This document shows positions 29,928 to 41,809 of a stretch of 64,000 bases of DNA, one piece after another. The stretch lies in NCBI RefSeq assembly GCF_009914755.1, contig NC_060941.1; one strand, given 5' to 3'. A program made the position numbers and the translations under genes. Under the pieces are notes generated by a model. The model saw only the letters and a program-made list of their open reading frames with translations. It was not told the origin of the DNA and searched no databases. Position 1 is the stretch's first letter. The number at the start of each line of letters is the position of its first letter. Source of the stretch: the human T2T-CHM13v2.0 reference genome, Homo sapiens.

Positions 29928-30849
29928 AAATTCCACAGATGAACTTGATGGCTGTGCTGAAAAATAGATGCCCAGAATGTAAATCTCTGAAGAGAAATAT
30001 GTCTTAACACAGCTACCTCAGGAAAGGGGGAATTATTGCACTTAATTAAAGTGTATTGACACCATATGTGGCCCCACCTCTCCCACTCCCCTTTTTGGAT
30101 TCATTAAGAATTAAAAAAAAAAATCAGAAACTAGTAAAGGCAATATTCCTATAGAGCCTGTGACTTAACCCTTAATCATTAATCCTACAAAAATTACACT
30201 TAAACAAAAAGCTAGTTGGTAAACAGAAACCTTTCAAATTAGACAATTTATGTTCATTATCTCTATAACTCAAAGGAATGTCATTGGACTGTTTTGTAAA
30301 AATAGTATTCTCTTAATGACAGTTTGTATTTTCTTATGGAATATTTTCAACAATTTTAAATGACAGCAAAGCTCTAATTATTTTTGCCAGTGAGGTTTAC
30401 ATAAAGATTTGAATTTTTTTAGATCATCTGAAAAAAAATAGAAATAATGTTTGTATGGGTCTCATTCCCCATATTTTTTAAAGTCCTTGCATTTTGAATA
30501 AAATACATCCATTAGAGTTAAAAGTGAAACCTTTTTGTTATGACTTGGACACTTATTTAAAAATTAAGCTAAATTTGACTCTTCGGAAAAATGTGGCTAA
30601 AAAGTCTGATTTTAAGAAACCTTTTAATACACTGTCTTCTTTATTCTCTGTCACAACTCTTGTGTTCTTTTTGTTTTTTAACTGAGTTTGTACTTTACTT
30701 CTTCAAAACACATTTGGAGGCAGAAATATATATTATCATCACATTTGAATTAGTTCTAGAATTAACACCTAAAATCTGAATTTTTTGTATTCTAATGAAA
30801 TTGGTTTCTTCTGTATGTATTTTAAGATTATAATATTTTATTTAATATA

Positions 30850-31275
30850 TTTTTTATGATTGAAAAATAATAATGATTGTAGAGCATTTAGAAAACACAG
30901 ATAACCAATATAAACAAAATTTAATGACCCATACTTCTACCAGACTGCTGTCAGAATGGTGATTTTTTTCCCTCCTTTTTTATACCTGTATAAGAATATT
31001 TATTTAACATCAATATACATTTATTATAACATACATCTCACATATGTTTGTATATATTTTTATACATATTAATATATATTTCATATATCTGTGTATATAC
31101 ACATATATAATGTCAGATTATACCAGCTACAGAATTTTATAATTTTCTTATTTTTACCAAATATTATGCTTTGTAGACTTTCCCATCTTTATGTTATCAC
31201 TATATGATTTTAAGTAGGTACAAACTATTATATCATATAGATTTACCATAATTCATTTATTTTTCCTTGTAGATA
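30850..31275 (-). mobile_element. Old L1 (L1ME/L1MC) 3' end fragment
   Basis: gtagagcatttagaaaacacagataa…tatagatttaccataatt antisense pattern with internal TA-rich stretch. Confidence 0.6.
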
Positions 31276-32375
31276 AATAATACAACTGAAAATGTAGTAG
31301 CCTACAAATTGAGAATTAATTCTAAAGCCCAAAGTGTTCTATGGTATCAGTTGAGTCTTTTGACTTAAAACCTCTGTCTTTGAAATTAGGTCCGTTCACT
31401 AATCTGAGTAAACAACTAGTAACTACAATTTAAAAGTCTTAAAAGGGAAGGAAGAATATTGACTGTATGCTCTAAGAGATGAGATACATATTTTAATGAC
31501 TATATTTTAATAGCATAAAGAAAGGAAGGTAGAGTTTGAGACTCTTATTTATGTGATTATTACATGTGCATGCTTTTGCTTATAATGAAACCTTCTTGGT
31601 CCTTTTGTTAAGGTGAGACAGACTTTAGAATGAATGCCATTTTTCAACATTCATATGCCCCAAAATATTTTCAGATACTTTTTCTGCTACTGTACAAAAC
31701 TTAAAAAATAAATTCAATATTTCATTATATTATTCATAGCCATACATTTAGTAACTAAATTTGAAAGCTAGGTACAAAATATTTAAAAATCTCACAAAGT
31801 TCGGGGAAGCTAATATTAACGAAAAGTCTTCTTGTGAGTAGAAGAAGTTCTTACCCTACTTCCATAAATTCTAGTTTTCAATCTGCTGTATACTGATTTA
31901 TTTTATCATACTGATATAAGAACTTTGGCATGGCTTATAAAATAACTAGATATTTGACACCAAATACAGAATGAATACAGAATGTATTGCATAGAGTAAT
32001 TGTCCTTTCGATTTTTTTGGAAAATATTAGTTTAGGTAGCTATATAAATATCTATTTCTATATATTTATAGACCTTGCAGTTTTTAAAGGCCTTTTATAT
32101 TTTTGGAGGAGGTAGAGGAAAATCAGAATATTAGTATTCTAATATTATATGTGTGAAAACTTAGAATTGGCTGAAATATTGATTAACGTTGGTAGTTATT
32201 AGATCACCATGACATAGCATGCTGAGAACTGAATCCTCTTTGCAGATGGGTGCCTTAGTGCTCATTCCACTGCAACATAACATGTTCTTTTAAGCTACTA
32301 AACCCTTCATATTTGTGTCTAAATAACTGCATACATCATGCTTAATCTGTAATTATATTGTATATTAAGTATAAT

Positions 32376-32441
32376 ATATATGTATACACACATGTGCATG
32401 TGTGCGTGTGTGTGTGTATATATATATAGAGAGAGAGAGAG
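32376..32441. repeat. (TG)n(TA)n(GA)n compound microsatellite
   Basis: Direct reading. Confidence 0.9.
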
Positions 32442-33431
32442 GGAATACAAAGGAAGCATATAGAAAGTGTATACAAATGAAAACACCTAACTATATATAC
32501 ATTGAACTATTTTCAGCTCATAATTAGCCAAAGAAAAAATAAATAGTAAATTTAAGAATCCTACATTTCTTTACACTCTGGCCTGTGGATTATTTTTAAA
32601 CAAAGAAGCATTTTCAGCCTTAATCATAGCTCTGAGTAAATGAAAGCATTCCTGCACATTTGAATTTCACAGGTTTTGTATTTCACACTGGGAGTCAGCC
32701 TTTCACAGATTTTTAACTACCTTAAAACCTTGTTAACTTTCAGCTGAAATTGCTGTTTTACAATGTCATGTTCTTGTGGGAATACAGGATCTTTTAGAAA
32801 GCAGTTTTGAGGAACTCTATTCCCAGAGCAATCTAAATCCAAAGCTGGGTGGAAACAGTACTAGTTGGTAGAAGTAACTTTGGCTTAAAGGGCAAGCTAT
32901 GTTTGCTATGTTTACAGACCAATGGTAAAATAAAACAAAGGTGAGTTTTCTTTAAAATCAAAATGCACGAGAATATTCTTCTCATTGAGAATGACAAGGA
33001 CCAGCTCTGTTGCAGCTGCTATATTGGGGTATACCAGCCGCTTGTAATACCTTCTTTCTGCTACTGCACATGAGGAAAGGGGCTGCAACTTACTGGTGAC
33101 TCCTGGACAGCCGATGCTCTCCATCTGCTCCCACCTGGCGCTTCCCTGGATAGCCACGTGCAAGAGGGAGTGCCAGTCTGAGATATCAGAGTTAGCCTGC
33201 AGCTGTGAGCTCAGTTATAGTGTTGAAGGCTTTAATTCTAAGGGAAAATGAAAAGCCAAGTTGGGAACCACCTGAGGATTTCAATAGTTAGTAGGTAAGG
33301 AAAAGGGCTCAGGACGTTCCTCTTTGAAGTCTACCAAATGGAGAACAAAAGGAGAGTGAAGGCTGAGTAGGAATCAGAACCCTTAAGGATTTGAGAATAG
33401 GCATTTAGATCATGTGCATAAAATATCCTAG

Positions 33432-33779
<348 letters not shown>

Positions 33780-33827
33780 TCCAGATATTTTTAAAAAAGA
33801 ATTTTGTACTCTAACTTCCTTCTAAAC

Positions 33828-34055
33828 CAGTGGTTCTTAACCTGGGAAGATTTTGCTCCTAGATGATAGTTGGCACTGCCTGGAGACATTTTTGGCTGTC
33901 ACCTGGAGGGAGAGGTGCTACTGGCATCTAGTGGGTAGAGGCAAAAGATGTTGGAATCATCTTAAAATGGACAGAAAAGCCTGTCCCACAGGCCCACCCC
34001 ATGACACAGAATTGTCCAGTCGAAAATGTCATAATACATAAGTTGAGAAACCCTG
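33828..34055 (+). mobile_element. MER20 (hAT-Charlie)
   Basis: cagtggttcttaacct…ggtgctactggcatctagtgggtagagg…gttgagaaaccctg. Confidence 0.9.
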
Positions 34056-34489
34056 GTTTAAGCCCACTTTTCTGGTCATGTGACTATGTCTACCAAGTAA
34101 GGGCAGCTAGTTAATTGTAGAAATTATATCAAAATGGAAATACATAACTGACATACAAATTCTTAGACCTACAATGAAAGCATCGTGAGTCTGAAATTAT
34201 TTAGTTTTGTGAACAGTCAGGAGTAGAGTACTTCTTGTATTTGTCATGATTGTGTGTTTTTCAGGACTTTATCATCCTCTTATAAATGTTCATCTTAAAC
34301 AGAAAAAAAAAGTGAACAGGGATTAAGAATGCAAATTTACCTAAATAATAAAGGAAACAAAATAATAGAGAAGTTTCAAATTAACTAAGGGCCAAAAAAT
34401 AGATGTGGAAATAAAATATTAGTGTGTCTGGTAATGTAATATAGTTTTTTTTCCCTCTATTTTTAAGGCACATATTGAACTATAAAGAA

Positions 34490-35100
34490 AAACGCATTTG
34501 GTTTGTCTGAGTTGCGCTGCATTCCTCATTACAGGCTTTCCTCTCCTAGAAAGCTTTCTAGACCTCTATGAAACAGACATTGTGGGGTGTGAAACTGTCA
34601 AATGCAGACAAAAGGCGTCCAAGGGGCCTAGTGTTGCATTAGAAGGCACTTGTTTTCCATCTCAAAATCGAGCTTGCATGTGATGAAGTCTGTTTTTTTC
34701 TAAAACTTGGCAGCAGCTGACCAGTAAAATTTGGTCCTTGCCGGAAGTGTTAGCTACAGCGGTGGCAAGGGTTAATATTAAACCCACCACAGCATTTTGC
34801 ACAATCTCCCAGGAGATCTTTCAATGGATTTCCACTGCCACTGGAAATAATGGCTCGCAGCTGCAGCAACCCATAGTAACACTTGATATTCCCGTCGCAA
34901 GCGGACCAGTGCTTTCAGTGGAAATGAGAAAATCGCTAGTGCGGTGCTGTACATTGTGCCTGGGGTCAAAGTTCCCAAGCCGCAACCTAAAATGACCTCT
35001 CAGCCCGACACTCAGCCTCGGTTGCTTCTGGATGTGTCTATTATCGCCTCATTTTATGAAATGTACATAGTGGCACGCGTGTATAAAGGTAAAAGCCAGT
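34490..35100. promoter_or_regulatory. Candidate promoter/enhancer
   Basis: About 18 CpGs in non-repeat sequence; ETS, C/EBP, DR1, RUNX, E-box and TATA-like motifs. Confidence 0.55.
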
Positions 35101-35504
35101 GAAGAGCCCTAGGGAACTTGACATTCCTGGTACAAAGGGAATTGATTTCTGTTTTTTCACAGAGTAGTTTTCAGTCTTCTTAAAGGGAATTTAGGGTATT
35201 CTTTCAAGGTTGTGGAAAAAATGGCCAAATATGTCATAGGATTTAAATACAAAAGAATGTTCCTCCTTTCCCAATCCCTCCATGTCTCTCTAATCCATTG
35301 GTCCCAGTGCTAAAAGTACATCATCATTGGATATATCATTCTCTTGGGATAAAACTTTGAACATTAGAAACAATTGGTAAAACTAGAGCCACATCCAGAG
35401 AAATATGACAAACCATTATTTAGAGAAATTCTCAAGCAGGGCAGTTCCTAGGACTCTGGTACTGTTCGTACACTTCCCTGCTCCCCATCATCGGAGAGGT
35501 CAGC

Positions 35505-35640
35505 ATTTACTCAATCAATCATTCACTTATGTATTTAGGTACTTGTTTATTCAATCATTCCTTCACTATTCATGCATTCACTAGATAGACTGGTTGCATG
35601 CCAAGACATTACCAGGCAGGGGGAAGAGTACATGGCCTAT
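35505..35640 (-). mobile_element. L2 3' tail
   Basis: (ATTC)n-like antisense tail followed by …gcatgccaagaca. Confidence 0.55.
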
Positions 35641-36480
35641 GCCATTTGTCTGGGCAAGTTCCTCATTTAGACCAGCTGCTCTGGAGAAGTGACCTCTCAG
35701 GCTCTCCAGATATTACAGTGATTTAAATCGAGCACAACCTTCACTGCCTCCGCTTCCTCGCGTTGCAAATTATGTATCTATGTGTAATGTTTTATTTTTA
35801 TATTTTGTATTGTATATTTTAAAATATTATGTAGTATATATATACACACACACATAAATAGACATATATATGTATTTGAATGTGTGTAAAGGAGCTTTGT
35901 GGAGACTGCTCTAGGCATCCCACAATTCTATGCCATACTGAAAACTGGCTGTGACAGAATTTTAAAGTGTCAGAAAGCACTGGAGCTACTCTATGATGTC
36001 ATGGAGGTCCCTTGAGAAAATGTCATAAAGTGAGTTGCATGTGGTGATAAGAAGCCACTAAAATAAACAGACTTCTCTATAATTACTAAATTTCTCAGAA
36101 AAACAATTAGAGTGTTTGAGACATTTTGTATCTGTCTTCCACTGAGTTCAAAGTTTCCGCTCCACCCATTTTCTAAAAAGTGCTAGTTGAAATTGTGCAG
36201 CATAACCAAAAGAAAAAAGAATTAGAGGCCCCTTTGGAGTATTTGACAGAAATTTTTGCTGTGATTAATTTTCTTTTAAACAGTTGGGAGCTCTGAAATA
36301 AAATGGAATAAGTGGACTTGTTCCATATAAAAAACACAATCACTTTCAAATTATTTTGCATGATGTAAATTTTTAGTGTTATAATAATTAAACAGCAATC
36401 TTGTATTACAGTCAGTCATATATATGGACGTGTTATATACTGTACATCTACATTGTATATCATATTATGTTATTCAAACT

Positions 36481-36530
36481 ACACATGCATATGTATGTAT
36501 ATATGTGCATGCATGCATGCATGCATACAC
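36481..36530. repeat. Alternating purine/pyrimidine tract including (GCAT)5
   Basis: Direct reading. Confidence 0.85.
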
Positions 36531-37174
36531 TTATTATATATAAACTCTCATAATTAATTAATTTACATCTTTCCTCACAAGCCAAGCTTTTAGCACCTAA
36601 AATTCCAGGTTAAAAGTAATTCCCATGTCATCAGATTCTTAGGAAAATACTGAAATGGGAACCACTAAGCTTTCACTAGAGCATAGTTTCATGTGAATTA
36701 AATATAAAGGAAAAACAATTTTGATAGATTAAATTTGCATTTTTATATTGCAAATTTAAGTTGCAAAACTAAGATGATAGGTTAAAATGGACACCTTGAC
36801 AACATTAGGGGCAGACGCAAGAGGGAGAGAGAAACTGAAAGAGGATATTGGAGGACACTGATATCAAGGACACAGTCCACTGACTTCACAAGTTTGCTCC
36901 AGTCCTGCCTTCCTGACTGAAGTTCGAGAGGCTCTTTGGGTTAAACCCCAATCAACTGTTCCCTGGTGTAAAGAAATAATGTATTCCTGGACTCTAAGCT
37001 ACTTTTTAGTAAAAATAATTCTATTCTTATTTATATATATGACCACTCTGGAGAAGCCTGAAGCTTTATTTTAATTTTGAAGGCATAATAGAGGACTAAA
37101 TTATATTATGTCAAATTGAGTTACATGACAGGCTCTCAATACCTAATGGCTTTGCTATTTTTTTTTGCTGCCTC

Positions 37175-37468
37175 AGCAAAGCCTCCTCAGGAACCCTCAG
37201 GGACAACTACTGTCTTCTCCTCTACCCTAAAACACTTAGCTTCTATTTCTTTGTACTCAAATAGCATCTTGTTCTATTGTAATCATAGCATATATTTCCA
37301 TTTAGGTAGATTTTTATTTACACTGGTTTTTCCTCTGCCTTTAGAGAATGCACTTCTAGGAGACAGAGGTGAGATTGCATTTATCAAAGTAGCATCAGAA
37401 TCCTCTGGCACCAAGTACACACTCAATAAAATGTTGTGGAATGAATAAGCAAAAGGATAAGTGAATGG
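37175..37468 (+). mobile_element. L2 3' end
   Basis: …ctggcaccaagtacacactcaataaaatgttgtggaatgaata. Confidence 0.75.
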
Positions 37469-40039
37469 GTCATTTCACTCTGACTTGTGGAATGCATGGG
37501 CTTGTGTAACACCTGACTACAAAGGAGTTTTGCTTATGCTGTCTCAGCAAATATGGTCTTTAAGAGGCATGCTTATAGCACATTATACATCTCTAAGGAT
37601 ACAGAGTTGAAAGGGATGGCCATTCTCCTAGGATGCTGGAGAGGAATGGCTGAAAAGCTCTCATTTTATAAATAATCTACCAAATTTAAACCTTGTTCAA
37701 ATGTTTATAACAGAGAACATGTCTTTAGTGGTTGCAAGAGAGCAATGACCTCTTGCATCTATTAATATTCTGCCAACTTTTGGTTACTAAATTTGTCATC
37801 AGGGATGAATGTTATTTTCTGCGCCATATAGAATTTTCTGCTAGAATTTAAGCTAAATTTAGAGAAATAACATACAGAATTATGTGTAAGCTTCGCTCAT
37901 GTGTGTATAAAAATAAATACTGTGTGTGTCTGTACTCACGTACTTAATTTGGGGAATTTTTAAAAAATGGATCAGCCTTTCTTATCTGCACTAGGATGTG
38001 AGGAGCAGAAGGATAGAAAATATTAAAATGATCTATTGTTTCCTTGGAATGCATTATTAAACTTTAGTTTTTATTAATTTTAGTTTTTATACATTTGTGT
38101 TGCTTTTGAAACCAACTTTAAGCAGTGATGAAGTCACCTTCCAGGTGAAGCTAATATAATGTCCCTCCCATGTTGCCACTGAGTATCTAAACTTGTTCAA
38201 TGTTGGGAATAGAGAACATCTCTTTCCCTTAGAACATTAACAAAGCATCAGTTTATGACTCAGATTTTCTGCAGAATTAGGAAGTTAATTAAGAGTCTTG
38301 GTTTCATGAGAATGCCCTCGTAACAGTAGTCAAAATAGGACTTACAATGGCAGAAAGAGATATGGACAAAATCGGGTTACAGAGAAGGTACTTTATTACA
38401 TATTTTCTATTCCTTTCTAATCTTTTTGGTCTGCAAGCAGCTGCAGACCTCCCTAGGGAGCAGGCAAGGCAGACTGGCAGCTGGTAAGCACCTGTTGAAG
38501 TGGCTGGTGTCCATTCTGATTGGACAGGACATCTGTTTCTGATTGGTTGTTGCCCATGCTCTAACAGTCATTAGATATCTTCAATATCACCCCTCAGAAT
38601 AGGCAACCATGCTATATTCTTGATACTTATACATTTGATTTGTATAGTAAAGACAGTTATCTTTATCAAAATTTCAACATAGAGGGGAAGGGTTATGAAG
38701 CACTTTGAAACAGGTTAGATGTCTAAGTTTTAGAATAGTTTTAAGAAAAATAGAACAGGAAACAATGCAAGTTACTGATTAACAAATTTATCTTAACTAA
38801 GGCAGGAAATCCATTCATTACATGACTAACAGGCAAATGGATGCATGCTGTTAATGACTTTAAAAAGTTATGATTCCAACAGGAGATTAATATCCTTATT
38901 TAACTATGGATTTTCATTTCTACATCTTTTTTCGTAGATAATATAAGTAAAATTTTATCTGCATCTATATTTACAAAGAGTAAATGAATGGAGTGTAAAT
39001 TAATGAGGCTTCATCCTATTTTCACTTCCTACTCTTGTCAAAAATATAAAATCAGGAAAAGCAGAGAAGTATTAAGTGCCAGGAGAAAGAATAGGTATAT
39101 CTTGGAATAGGGCTGAATCTTCCACAGCTACCTGACATTCGACATCCACTTAAACAACTAAACAGAAAATGGTACTCCACAGCTATAAAAAAAAAAAAAA
39201 AAAAAAAGTCAGGCTGTAAAGCTACGCTTAGTGGCTAGACACAGCTGGAAATAATTGAGAAACAGAGTACAGTGCAAAAGAGTTTAAAAACCACATGGTC
39301 TCAGTGATATTTTCATAGTGCTCCAAGCAATTTTCTTCCTCAAGTCAAATGGTTTCAAGACTCTCCAGCTCAAAATTACCTACAAAATATAAATGCCAAA
39401 AAAGGTAAACTGCAATGCATTAGGACAAAACAACCAGTAACCCTTGAGGAAATGCCTTGTCGAATTTGTGAATGGGACACTTCGTGGTGCAGACAGCCAT
39501 TGTGAAGCTTTAACCCAAACTGTCGATGTCCCTCGTCCACCCAGTGAATAGGATAAGTAATGATTCACACAAAATCCTGAGAAACACACTTGAATCACCT
39601 GACTCTATTTATTTCTGTGGTGCAGAGTGGGGGGTCCTAGAAAGGGGCCTATGGCAGTGTTCATATAAGTAAATTACTGTTTACTATGAGAGTGCTTCTG
39701 CCACAATATGCAAAGTCTTACTCCAGGTGATTTTGTGGGTTAATTGACATGAAAGTCTTAGGACGTCTTTCTCAATAAAATGTATAACCAATATCATCAT
39801 GAATAAGGTAACTATTATGAACAAACTAAACACCAAGAATTCAAAAATTAAAAGTCTTATACCTAATTTGTGTCTCTAATTTTGCTCATAATTGGTATTG
39901 ATAAGAGATCTTATCTAATGAGATTCTCTAAGGGGAGGATACCACACAATTTTTAGTTTTAAAATGCCTAAAGATGAAATAAGGTTATGTCACATGTCAC
40001 TCAATGATAGGCCATTCTTTCTCTAGCTAATTAAATACA

Positions 40040-40220
40040 TTAGCAACTATTTACTCAGCATACTACATGGAATGAACTTTTTCTAAGCACCTTACGTGTA
40101 AAATTCACTTACACGTTTTAAAAATAATTTATTATTTCCATCTCACAGATAAGAACAGTAAGTTTCAGAGACAGTAAACAAATAACACATGATCATAAAA
40201 GTCATCTTTAGCTGGCCAGT
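40040..40220 (-). mobile_element. MIR
   Basis: ttctaagcaccttacgtgt…ttccatctcacagataagaa…ttcagaga. Confidence 0.65.
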
Positions 40221-40751
40221 GATGTTAAATTTCCATTCTCTTTCCAAATTCGTGGAAGATAGGTATTTCAGAAAACAGTAAACCTAGTATAGGAGTTAAT
40301 TATTTCTAAAGTTAAAACAACAAAAACTTTGCCATGTTGCAGTCTGTCATTTGTTTCCATGAAGGGGAAATATAAAATTCCAAATATTTCCCAAATTAAA
40401 ATATATTCGGGTTTTGATATGATGGAAGCAAGACTGAGATTTGGGACTGGATTCCAAAATCCTGGGAACTGACGATATCAGACGAAAATATTATGATGCA
40501 TATAGAAGAAACTAGGACATTTAAAATGTGCCAGATGATGGTGAGTTTTTGAAGTATCACAAGTAATTATATACAGGCACTTTCTTCTGCTAGGCAGTTG
40601 CCTAATAAAGAACAATGTATTAGGCCTCTTTCTAATAGCTCATACACCTATAGATGGTCATAATCTACTTCTTTTAGTTTTCAAAGACAGCTAAGAGAGG
40701 TTTCACCTCTTTCTCTGTAATCTTGACACTTTAGATAAAGATGATTTAGAC

Positions 40752-40971
40752 CACAAGTTGGCAAACTATAAATGGGGGCCATATTGGCTGTCTGCCTGTT
40801 TTTATAAATAAAGTTTTATTTGAAAACAGCTAGACTCGTTCATGTATGTATTGTCTGTGGTGACTTTCATGCTACAACAGCAAAACTGAGTACATGTGAC
40901 AGAGACCGTCTGGTATAAAAAGCCAAAAATATTTACTGTCTGGCTCTTTGCAGAAAGGTTGCCAACCCCAG
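40752..40971. mobile_element. MER58A (hAT-Charlie)
   Basis: ttggcaaact…aataaagttttatt…aatatttactgtctggc…ttgccaacccc; imperfect 8-bp TSD atttagac/acctagac. Confidence 0.9.
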
Positions 40972-41724
40972 ACCTAGACGATTATAGCATATGTTAAAAA
41001 AAAAAGAAGAAAGAAAGAAAGTCAAGACTATTGATGCCTTGGTAGACAAAGGGAGACAGAGTTAAAATTTCGTGCTCCTTTCCAGACAGTAGACTGGCCC
41101 CCATGGCTTGCCATCTGTCATTGTACCATTACGATCATTATTGCAGAGGACATCTATTTGGCCTAACAGCAGTCGTGCCATAGACAGAATTTACAGAAAA
41201 AAAAAATAAAAGTTGCCAGAGCCCATTAGTTTGAGACAAGATTTTATTGAATCTTCACCTTATTACAAAATTTCACTTGCCAAACTCAGTGTTTTTAGTA
41301 AGAGGTAATTATTTGTGTAGGGGTTTAAACAAATCCCAGTGGAATTCAAATATTTTTAAAGACTATCTTAGATAATATATTTTGTATAGAATCAATGTTG
41401 AGTTAGCTATACCATAAAAATATGTGAAGCTAGGTTGAAATGAGAGAAAAATCACTAGTAGAGACCTATACGTGGTACATGGAAGCATCGTCTTTCACTA
41501 TTTGAATTGTGGTACTGAAAGTGACATAACATGAGTATTTGGGGTGCTTTTTCCCTAGCTGTGGACACAAATTAGTGCTCTATTGTCTAAGACTTAAAAT
41601 AGACCAAGGAACTTTAAAAGCAACATTTTAAAAATGGGGATCCGTCCAGCTGTGTTCTGAGCTTGGGCAGCACTGCCATCTGTTCTGTAAAGCACCACGG
41701 GGTCTCCACTGCACTCAGTTAGAA

Positions 41725-41780
41725 GTCAGCCACCTCGGAAGCACAGGCACAGCGTCAGCCACCTTGGAAGCACAGGCACA
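41725..41780. repeat. Tandem duplication, 29-bp period
   Basis: gtcagccacct(c/t)ggaagcacaggcaca twice. Confidence 0.95.
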
Positions 41781-41809
41781 AGGTATCAGGGTGTTTTCTA
41801 GAAAGGACG

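Noticed and set aside
41668-41705. CTCF-like (minus) and partial REST-like (agcaccacgg) motifs
   Set aside because: Several mismatches at key positions in each.
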